From contig CAZQCF010000022.1 in assembly GCA_964592235.1 (NCBI GenBank), positions 41,404 to 65,403 on the forward strand: a stretch of 24,000 nt of DNA, read 5' to 3'. The stretch is from an uncultured Planctomycetaceae bacterium. Lineage in GTDB: Bacteria > Planctomycetota > Phycisphaerae > UBA1845 > UTPLA1. The number at the start of each line of letters is the position of its first letter. The first letter of the stretch is position 1. The notes below the pieces were generated by a model. The model ran no database searches. It had not been told where the DNA came from and saw only the letters and a list, made by a program, of their open reading frames with translations. Both the position numbers and the translations under genes were made by a program. Of this stretch, positions 17,881-24,000 are shown in pieces.

Positions 17881-18015
17881 CTGCGCTGTCCGAAGTGCGG
17901 ATGCGGGCACTTTCGCGTCATCTACACCCGCCGCGCCTGGGGAGGTGCTCTGCGCCGCCGCCGCGAATGCCGCCACTGCGGCCACCGGATCACGACGACG
18001 GAGCGAGTGCAGTGA
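17881..18015 (+). CDS. Orphan NrdR-like zinc-ribbon micro-protein (~44 aa core); start codon unresolved
   Basis: The frame reads (L)RCPKCGCGHFRVIYTRRAWGGALRRRRECRHCGHRITTTERVQ*. This has two CxxC pairs plus RRRREC..CG.R.TT.E, very close to the N-terminal zinc ribbon of NrdR but without an ATP-cone. No ATG, GTG or TTG exists in this frame between the bamA stop (17825) and the first Cys. The candidates are CTG 17881 or ATC 17863, with AGGTG 8 nt upstream of the latter. Confidence 0.35.
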   Translation: MRCPKCGCGHFRVIYTRRAWGGALRRRRECRHCGHRITTTERVQ

Positions 18016-18173
18016 CGCTTCACTTCACGGCGGCATTGTGGACAATCAGCCCACACCACAGCAGCGGGGTGAGCGGAACCGCCGTGGCTGCGGAAAACGC
18101 GACGTGTGCGCGAAGATTCTCGGAAGAAACCAAGGTATTCGAGGTGCAACAGCACGGCGTGGCAGCAAAGTCG

Positions 18174-18182
18174 TGGTATAAT
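18174..18182 (+). promoter_or_regulatory. Extended -10 promoter element TGGTATAAT (TGnTATAAT consensus)
   Basis: This is a perfect TATAAT with the upstream TG motif, in otherwise GC-rich DNA. It lies about 105 nt upstream of the PEP-CTERM gene start (18287). No convincing -35 is present, which is typical for extended -10 promoters. Confidence 0.35.
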
Positions 18183-18286
18183 TGAGACAGGTAGTTGGGG
18201 ATGGGTCGTTTGTGCCGGCTGGCACGACTTTTGCCCTGATGCCTCGGGGCCAAGGTGCCTCGCCCTTTGATCGAGTGTGAGGGCCT

Positions 18287-19036
18287 GTGAGACCCGCCAG
18301 ATTGGTTTCTGTTGCCGTGTACCTGTGCATGCTGTTGCCCTGCGCGCTGGGGCCGGCCGCGCCGGGTTTGCTCGGGTTGTTCGGCCCGGCGGCGGCGATG
18401 GGGCAGATCGTCGTCGTAGATCATCAGCCGCATCCGTTTGGTGGGCTGGGGTCCGATACGTTGTTTCTCGGGCCGGGTGGCCAACCGGTTTGGCAGCGCA
18501 TCGCTGATGATTTTATCCTGAATGGCGATTACGAGATCGGCACCATTCGATGGTGGGGGTTTTACAACGCTGACAATCCGCCGGCGACGGAGACGATGCG
18601 GATTCGTTTCTACGGCGCGCGACCGGGCGACGGCCTGCCCGACGACGGCAACATTCTTTACGAGACCAGCGTGCAGGACCACACACGAACGTGGACGGGA
18701 CGCATTGTGGCAACCGGCATTGGTCCCCGTGAATACTTGATCCAAGCTGTGCTCTCCACGCCGGTCACGCTGGAGGTCGACACGAAATACTGGCTGGAGA
18801 TTGCGCAGATTGGCGATCTATCGACGCATTTTCGATGGGAGTCGTCGACCGCTGATCTAAATGGGCAAGCTGGGATAAACTCGATGACAAATGCATGGCT
18901 TAGTACCTTGCCAGGGACTACGGTAGACGCAGCGTTTCAGTTGTTAACAGTTCCCGAGCCGACCACACTGGCCTTGCTCGTCATGGGGTTTGCGGCACAG
19001 CTCGCGCGCCGCGGAAAGCGAGGACGCCGGGGATAG
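18287..19036 (+). CDS. Secreted PEP-CTERM-anchored protein with an uncharacterised ~190-aa passenger domain
   Basis: The N-terminal signal peptide is MRPARLVSVAVYLCMLLPCALG... The C-terminus VPEPTTLALLVMGFAAQLARRGKRGRRG* (18950-19033) is a textbook PEP-CTERM sorting signal, with a VPEP motif, a TM helix and an Arg-rich tail. Confidence 0.85.
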   Translation: MRPARLVSVAVYLCMLLPCALGPAAPGLLGLFGPAAAMGQIVVVDHQPHPFGGLGSDTLFLGPGGQPVWQRIADDFILNGDYEIGTIRWWGFYNADNPPATETMRIRFYGARPGDGLPDDGNILYETSVQDHTRTWTGRIVATGIGPREYLIQAVLSTPVTLEVDTKYWLEIAQIGDLSTHFRWESSTADLNGQAGINSMTNAWLSTLPGTTVDAAFQLLTVPEPTTLALLVMGFAAQLARRGKRGRRG

Positions 19037-19118
19037 ACAATACGGGGGGACACACAGGTCGCGCTCTTCGAAGTTCGTGTCCTGATTTGCAGATTCCTGC
19101 TGGAAAGGAGCAGAATGC

Positions 19119-20711
19119 ATGTCCACCACCCCTACACGTCCATCGTTCGCTTCCACCGGGTCATCCGCCATTGTTTCGATTCTTGTTTCATTCACCTTTT
19201 TGATTCCATCGTCTGTATGCGCCGACGAATGCCCGCCGTTGGGCGTCGGAGGCTTCAACGACTACCGAGTGGGCGGCCAGACGAGCCGCTACAATCCCGA
19301 TGTGCTTCGCACGGGATCCGTTGGAATTGCTGAATGTGGCGAGTTTATCGTGGCCTACGAGGCGCTGGATGGGACCGAAGTTCTCTTGGTCTTGTGCGAA
19401 GGCGAGGAGCAATACGAAGACTGGATTTCTGCGTACACGGGAATACACGTTCGACGCTTCCACCCTAACGGAGATTACATTGACGCTGATTCGCCGTATT
19501 GCGTTTCGATTGCGGGAACTGACATTCATAGCTTCAACGCCTACTTGGGGTTTGCGGATCCCTCGCTGGCAATGAACCGAAGCGGCGATGTATCAGTCGT
19601 GTTCACGGGCTGGGCCAACAACGGGCGCGACAAGGTCGGCTGCGAGTGTCCCTGGCCGCCCGACCCGGAATGTCCGTGTGCGCATCCGTCAGACGGCCAC
19701 TTGCTCTTGCAAGCGAGCTTTCCGTTCAATGCGCTGCCCGACCCGGTTCCGTTACCATTGAGCATCTTTGACTGGCGAGAACTCTCTGATCCTTCAGCGG
19801 GTCTAGACGGCCAGGGCAACCGAAGACACTTGTGGGGCAATTACACACGCGGGGCCTATTGGCAGTACGCCTGCAATGAACCATCGCAGTGCGAGACACC
19901 GCACTACGAGGACTTCGGGTGGTTCGTTGGCCCTGCTCCGACGAACTACAGCGAGTTGTTCGATTGCGACCTTTGCGAGTATCCGCCGACGGCGTGGTGT
20001 GCCTACGAAAACGCGAATCGAAACCCCTGCATCAGTGTGCGGAGCGATGGCGCGTTTGTGATTGCCTGGGCGGATCCTGTGTCGCCAGCTTTCTTCGATA
20101 GTTCGTTTGACATCAAACTCCGCGGCTTCAATTCAACCGGGGCGCAGATCGGCAGCGATTTCACCGTCAACGAAGATGATGGAGCTCCCAGCCCAAGCGA
20201 TCAAGTCAGCCCGGCCGTGTCGATGGACGACTTCGGCAACGTGGTGGTGACCTGGGTCGGAGTTCGCCCGGCGGCCTGCGAGTATCCCTTTTCGCTGCCG
20301 ACGTTTCCAATCTACGCGCGGCGGTACAAGTTTGATTCCGTCTACGGTCTGCGCGACCCGAATCCCGATCTCGGCGAAGGCATCAAAGGCCCATTCGTTG
20401 TCGACAATCTCGATGATCCTGACCGCGGCCCGCTCAGCCAGGCTGACGCAAACCCGACCGTGGCGTTGACAATGGAACAAGAAAACGCCGGTGCCTTCTT
20501 CGTCGCCTGGAACTCGAAGGCCGCCTCCGGTTCTGACCTTGAGGTTCATGGTCAATACTTCGGTCCTCATGGCGCGCCAGTGGGACGAGAATTCCGCGCT
20601 CACGCCGCGACCGGTCCCTACGACGGTTACCAGACGGGCATTCGACTGCTTGCTCCCACCTCCCGGCACACGGCGGCCTACGGCAATCAGGGGCAGGTCG
20701 TATTTGCATAG
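19119..20711 (+). CDS. Secreted repeat protein (about six G-x-F-V-V-A-W / R-R-F...G..G.EF.VN units, propeller-like) with a Cys-rich insert; probably the N-terminal part of a larger interrupted gene
   Basis: AAAGGAG (19103-19109) precedes ATG 19119. The signal peptide is SSAIVSILVSFTFLIPSSVCA. The recurring motifs are GEFIVAY, DVSVVFTGW, GAFVIAW, GNVVVTW, GAFFVAW and GQVVFA*. Each is followed by a hydrophobic-R-[RG]-[FY] ... G ... [DE]F strand. GC content is lower than in the flanks. Confidence 0.75.
   Translation: MSTTPTRPSFASTGSSAIVSILVSFTFLIPSSVCADECPPLGVGGFNDYRVGGQTSRYNPDVLRTGSVGIAECGEFIVAYEALDGTEVLLVLCEGEEQYEDWISAYTGIHVRRFHPNGDYIDADSPYCVSIAGTDIHSFNAYLGFADPSLAMNRSGDVSVVFTGWANNGRDKVGCECPWPPDPECPCAHPSDGHLLLQASFPFNALPDPVPLPLSIFDWRELSDPSAGLDGQGNRRHLWGNYTRGAYWQYACNEPSQCETPHYEDFGWFVGPAPTNYSELFDCDLCEYPPTAWCAYENANRNPCISVRSDGAFVIAWADPVSPAFFDSSFDIKLRGFNSTGAQIGSDFTVNEDDGAPSPSDQVSPAVSMDDFGNVVVTWVGVRPAACEYPFSLPTFPIYARRYKFDSVYGLRDPNPDLGEGIKGPFVVDNLDDPDRGPLSQADANPTVALTMEQENAGAFFVAWNSKAASGSDLEVHGQYFGPHGAPVGREFRAHAATGPYDGYQTGIRLLAPTSRHTAAYGNQGQVVFA
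20709..20711 (+). other. In-frame TAG between two same-frame ORFs (probable TGG->TAG nonsense mutation, sequencing error, or read-through site)
   Basis: ORFs 19119..20711 and 20724..21866 share a reading frame. Only TAG plus 4 sense codons separate them. The TAG occupies the Trp position of the repeat motif. Confidence 0.6.
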
Positions 20712-20723
20712 ACTTGGCAGCAT

Positions 20724-21866
20724 TTGTATTCCCTTGGTCCAATGATCGATCTGGATGAAGTGTGGTTCACGGACGAAGTGTGGGTTACGCTGATTGGTCC
20801 GGGCGTTGCCGAATACCTAGCCAGCCTTCAACCATGCTGCAAGGCCGACGTGAACAACGACGGAACGATCAGCGTAGCCGACATCCCGACATTTGTCGCC
20901 ATCCTGCTCCAGGTGCCGGTGTGCAGCGAGTCACCGGAGGTTCGTGGCTTGGGCGACTGCAACGGCAACCACGTCCCCGACGCCAACGACATCGCCGAGG
21001 GCACGAGCCAGGACTGCAACCAGAACTTCATCCCCGATGAATGCGACATCGCAAACGAGACTAGCGTCGACATCGACGGCAACGGCGTGCCGGACGAGTG
21101 CCAGCCGGACTGCAACGCCAACGGCATCCCCGACAACTGGGACATCGACCCCGAGGACCCCGACGGCAACGAACAGATCAGCGCCGATTGCAACGCGAAC
21201 GGCATCCCCGACGAATGCGAGCGCGACTGTAACGACAACGGCGTGCCGGACGACCGCGACGTGGACCCGCTCGACCCCGACGGTGATGAATGGGTCAGCG
21301 CTGACTGCAACGCCAACAGCGTGCCCGACGAGTGCGAGCTTGACTGCAACGAGAACGGCGTGCCGGACGACTGCGACATTGACCCGCTCGACCCCGACGG
21401 CGACGAATGGGTCAGCCCCGACTGCAACGCGAACGGCCTGCCCGACGAATGCGACCTGGCCCTGCCGCCGCCGTTCGGCAGCTATGACTGCAACGAGAAC
21501 GAGGTGCCCGACGAGTGCGACGTGGCCGACGAGACGAGCTGCGACGCCAATGAAAACGGCGTGCCGGACGAGTGCGAGATCGCGCTGGCCCTTTGTGAGG
21601 ACGGCGACGACGATGATTGCTGCGACGAGGGCGAGTCGCTGATGGGCGGCGGCGAAGGCGGCCAGTTCATGATGGGCGGCGAGGGCGGCGAGCCGTCCGA
21701 GAGCCAGTCGCCCTGCGCCGAACTGACCGAGGCCGAGTGCTGGGAACTGTTCTTCGATTGGACGATGCAGCAGTGCTGGGGCCCAGCCTGCCCGACCAGC
21801 GGCCTGGAGCAGTATCAGGCCGTGCAGCAGAAGCTGGCGGAACTGGGTCTGACCTGGCCCATGTGA
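20724..21866 (+). CDS. Dockerin/EF-hand-like plus DCNxNGxPDECD-repeat (thrombospondin-type-3-like, putative Ca-binding) module; probably the C-terminal part of the upstream exoprotein rather than an independent gene
   Basis: There is no signal peptide and no SD, and the listed start is TTG. DVNNDGTISVADIPTFVAILL (20847-20909) resembles a dockerin/EF-hand loop. Eleven DCNxNG[IV]PD[ED]C[DE]-type motifs lie at 20955-21581. An acidic/Gly stretch follows, then a Cys/Trp-rich 50-aa tail. Confidence 0.7.
   Translation: MYSLGPMIDLDEVWFTDEVWVTLIGPGVAEYLASLQPCCKADVNNDGTISVADIPTFVAILLQVPVCSESPEVRGLGDCNGNHVPDANDIAEGTSQDCNQNFIPDECDIANETSVDIDGNGVPDECQPDCNANGIPDNWDIDPEDPDGNEQISADCNANGIPDECERDCNDNGVPDDRDVDPLDPDGDEWVSADCNANSVPDECELDCNENGVPDDCDIDPLDPDGDEWVSPDCNANGLPDECDLALPPPFGSYDCNENEVPDECDVADETSCDANENGVPDECEIALALCEDGDDDDCCDEGESLMGGGEGGQFMMGGEGGEPSESQSPCAELTEAECWELFFDWTMQQCWGPACPTSGLEQYQAVQQKLAELGLTWPM
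21108..21458 (+). repeat. Three in-frame tandem copies of a 117-nt (39-codon) unit inside the DCN-repeat ORF
   Basis: The copies are at 21108-21224, 21225-21341 and 21342-21458. Each encodes DCNxNGxPDxxDxDPxDPDGxExxSxDCNANxxPDECxx. By hand alignment, copies 2 and 3 differ at about 16 of 117 nt. Confidence 0.85.
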
Positions 21867-22032
21867 AGCGGGTCGCAATCGCAGGATCGGCGTTTACACA
21901 AAGATTTGAACCAGCGCCGCAAGGTCAACGCTGACTTGATTTCGGACAATGGGGTTCCCCGTGAGGAAATCGGCCGGCAAGACACGGCGGCACCAGTCGC
22001 GGCGATTGGGCTGAAGGCAACAACGCCAGGTC

Positions 22033-23109
22033 CTACCGCACGCGCAGGAGATCGGCTGCACGCGTGAACACGCCCTCATCGAACCCCAGCGCGCGCTTGA
22101 GTTGCAGGTCCTGCTCGATCCACGACGGCATCCGTCGAATTTCCGACAGCCGACGGCCGCTGACCATCAGCGAGAACGGCCAGCGCATGACGGGGATCGG
22201 GAAATCGCTGCCCCACACCAGCTTCGCGTGCAATTCGCGCCGCCGGGCGAAACGCCGCAGCCAGCTTGTGCGCCCGAAGGCAGCCAATGCCGAAATGTCC
22301 GCGTAAATCGGCGCATCGCGGAATTCCCCAAGCAGCGCCTCCACGAACGCATCGCAGTCGCGGCGACTGTGCCAGCGAAACGACGGCGTGGCGACGTGCG
22401 CGACGATCGTCGTCGGCATGCGCCCCTCGGCGCGCAGATCGCGCAAAACCCCGAGCATCGGCAGCGCGCTTTCAAACTCCATGTGCTGGCGCGACAGCGA
22501 CATTTCGCCGCCGTAATGAATCAGCATGGCGACGTTCAACTCCGCCGCCCTCCGCAGAAACGCCACGGTGCGATCATCGGTCGCCGACATGTTCTGGTGG
22601 ATCGGCAGCCATTTCACCAGCACCGCCCCGGCGCGAACGACCTCCTCCAGGGCCGCCAGCGCGCCGGGCCGATAGGGATGAATCGATGCACCAAAGAGGT
22701 ATCGATCCGGCCGCGCCGCGCACATCGCGCGAACAAGCGAGTTGGACACATACAGGTCGCTGCCGAAACGCACGCCCTTGTCGACCGGGCCGATCGCGCG
22801 ACCGGCGTCGTTGCGGTACTCATCGAACGCCAGCAGCACGAGCCGATCTACGCCTGTCGCTTTCGAAAAGTGCTCCCGGTAGACTGCGTCAATCCGTGCA
22901 TCCAGCTCCGGGCCGATCTGAAGCCGCGGGTCGATCTTCAACATCCGCTTGACGAAAAACCAGGCGATCCGCTGAAGCAGGCGCGGGGAGAAGTAACTGT
23001 CGTACCCGGGGTGCGCAGCCGCGCCGTCGGACTCGAAATCGAAATGGGCGCTGGCCGGGTCCACGCGCCGAGCGCTGTAGCCGACATGACAATGAACGTC
23101 GATCACCAT
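22033..23109 (-). CDS. Amidohydrolase-2 family (TIM-barrel metal-dependent hydrolase) protein
   Basis: The N-terminal MVIDVHCHVGYS carries the HxH metal motif. The internal sequence includes ...GASIHPY...VKWLPIHQN...MLIHYGG..., and the C-terminal WGSDFPIP is typical of PF04909-type amidohydrolases. Confidence 0.8.
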   Translation of the reverse strand: MVIDVHCHVGYSARRVDPASAHFDFESDGAAAHPGYDSYFSPRLLQRIAWFFVKRMLKIDPRLQIGPELDARIDAVYREHFSKATGVDRLVLLAFDEYRNDAGRAIGPVDKGVRFGSDLYVSNSLVRAMCAARPDRYLFGASIHPYRPGALAALEEVVRAGAVLVKWLPIHQNMSATDDRTVAFLRRAAELNVAMLIHYGGEMSLSRQHMEFESALPMLGVLRDLRAEGRMPTTIVAHVATPSFRWHSRRDCDAFVEALLGEFRDAPIYADISALAAFGRTSWLRRFARRRELHAKLVWGSDFPIPVMRWPFSLMVSGRRLSEIRRMPSWIEQDLQLKRALGFDEGVFTRAADLLRVR

Positions 23110-23169
23110 GGACGCCCCGCATGGCCGGCGGACTTTACGCCCGGCCGCAGGCGACTATAACACGGAGAC

Positions 23170-24000
23170 ATGACGCGTAAAGACTGCGATGTGCTGATCA
23201 TCGGTTCCGGGTTCGGGGGCAGCGTCTGCGCATTGCGGGCGGCGGAAGCGGGTCTGCGCGCGATCGTCCTTGAGCGCGGGCCGCGAATCACGCCGGAATT
23301 CCTCACCGACGTTCAGGCGGGCCGCCGGCAACCACTCCGCGGCGCAGGAAGCTTCGGCCCGTTCGACATTCAGCGACCAACCGGCCTGACCGCGGTGATG
23401 GGGAGCTGCGTGGGCGGCGGCTCGCACGTTTATACATCCGTCACGGTTCGCGCTCGCCCCGAGGCCTTTGCCGAGGGCTGGCCCGCCGCCATCACGGCGG
23501 ACACATTCGCCCCCTACTACGATCGCGCCGAAGCGATCATCGCGCCAAGCCCCGTTCCGATTGATTTGCCGCGAACCACCGCGCTCGAGTCCGCCGCGCT
23601 CGCGATGAACCAGCGCGTCGAGCGCCTGCCGCTGGCCGTGGATTGGCCGGCCGACCCTTCGTCGATGCGCGCGACGCCGCCGTTTGAGAATGTACGGGCC
23701 GAAATCACAGCCTGGCTTCGCGGCGGGCATGGCGTGCGCCGCCGATCACTCGATCACACGTACCTCGGCACGGCTGAACTGCGCGGGGCGGACGTGCGCC
23801 CGCTTCACGAAGTCACAGTCATTGAGCCACAGCGCTGCGGATTCATCGTGCATGGCAACCGCCCGGCTGCCGGTCCCGAGGGCCGTTTTGCGCTCCGCAC
23901 GGAGCGCGTGATCCTCGCAGCCGGGGCGCTGAACACCGTGCGACTACTGCTCACCTGCCGAGAGGTTCACCGCACACTGCCGGCGATCAGCCCGGCCCTG
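23170..24000 (+). CDS. FAD-dependent GMC-family oxidoreductase (cholesterol-oxidase-like); 3' end runs off the window
   Basis: This ORF is not in the supplied ORF track because no stop is reached, so I translated it by hand. ATG 23170 has GGAG at 23164-23167. The product begins MTRKDCDVLIIGSGFGGSVCALRAAEAGLRAIVLERGPR..., a GxGxxG FAD fold. It continues ...GSCVGGGSHVYTSV... and ...RVILAAGALNTVRLLL, as in GMC oxidoreductases. Confidence 0.8.
   Translation, partial: MTRKDCDVLIIGSGFGGSVCALRAAEAGLRAIVLERGPRITPEFLTDVQAGRRQPLRGAGSFGPFDIQRPTGLTAVMGSCVGGGSHVYTSVTVRARPEAFAEGWPAAITADTFAPYYDRAEAIIAPSPVPIDLPRTTALESAALAMNQRVERLPLAVDWPADPSSMRATPPFENVRAEITAWLRGGHGVRRRSLDHTYLGTAELRGADVRPLHEVTVIEPQRCGFIVHGNRPAAGPEGRFALRTERVILAAGALNTVRLLLTCREVHRTLPAISPAL

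Noticed and set aside
17843-18181. 112-aa ORF starting at ATG 17843 (MLQVSGPSPTSAACAVRS...)
   Set aside because: It has an Ala/Arg/Gly-rich, featureless translation and no SD. The overlapping frame encodes a clean double-CxxC zinc ribbon, which is the more credible coding signal. The ATG is noted only as a possible frameshift donor.
20709-20711. TAG as pyrrolysine or other programmed recoding
   Set aside because: Nothing in the window (pyl genes, a PYLIS-like element) supports it. The lineage implied by the gene content is not known for Pyl use. A simple TGG->TAG change at a motif-conserved Trp is more parsimonious. Read-through remains only an alternative in the finding.
21108-21458. Regular 117-nt DNA repeats as a possible CRISPR array or mobile-element terminal repeats
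   Set aside because: The repeats are directly adjacent with no spacers, are in frame, and preserve an amino-acid motif with synonymous differences. They are therefore a coding tandem repeat, not a CRISPR array or IS end.
21867-22032. Possible tRNA, sRNA or terminator in the 166-nt convergent gap (GATTTC...GAAATC inverted repeat around GGGGTTCCCC)
   Set aside because: There is no cloverleaf and no GTTCRANYC T-loop. The inner GGGG/CCCC stem has only a 2-nt loop, and no T-tract follows. This is too weak to call.
1-24000. Defence systems, prophage, integrase/transposase, toxin-antitoxin pairs, CRISPR, rRNA/tRNA
   Set aside because: I looked through all ORFs of 60 aa or more and the intergenic gaps on both strands and found no supporting motif for any of these. 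The only accessory-looking segment (18-22 kb) encodes secreted structural or adhesin-like proteins.

Overview
High-GC bacterial chromosomal window, gene-dense, with no rRNA, tRNA, CRISPR or transposase visible. About three quarters is housekeeping. It contains the 3' end of secF/secDF, a LysM protein, and a minus-strand pair made of a Cys-cluster (YkgJ-like) protein and a GT-C membrane glycosyltransferase. A truncated dcw cluster follows (murC-murB-ddl-ftsQ-like), then an unknown polytopic membrane protein, dnaE and fxsA on the minus strand, and bamA. From about 18.0 kb the character changes. There is a tiny NrdR-like zinc-ribbon ORF with no canonical start codon and a near-perfect extended -10 box. 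After these comes a visibly lower-GC block encoding a PEP-CTERM-anchored protein and a signal-peptide-bearing repeat protein. A same-frame ORF full of dockerin/thrombospondin-like DCNxNGxPDECD repeats follows. The two large ORFs are separated by a single in-frame TAG that sits exactly where the repeat motif requires Trp (TGG). They are therefore most likely one ~915-aa exoprotein that is broken, mis-sequenced or read through. The window ends with a divergent amidohydrolase / GMC-oxidoreductase pair. The gene content hints at a PVC/Planctomycetota-like organism: a dcw cluster ending at ftsQ with no ftsA/ftsZ, a PEP-CTERM protein and DCN-repeat exoproteins. This taxonomy is inference only. I see no recognisable defence or mobile system. 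The most novel candidates are the 18-22 kb secreted-protein island, the orphan zinc ribbon, and the membrane protein sitting where ftsA/ftsZ would normally be.
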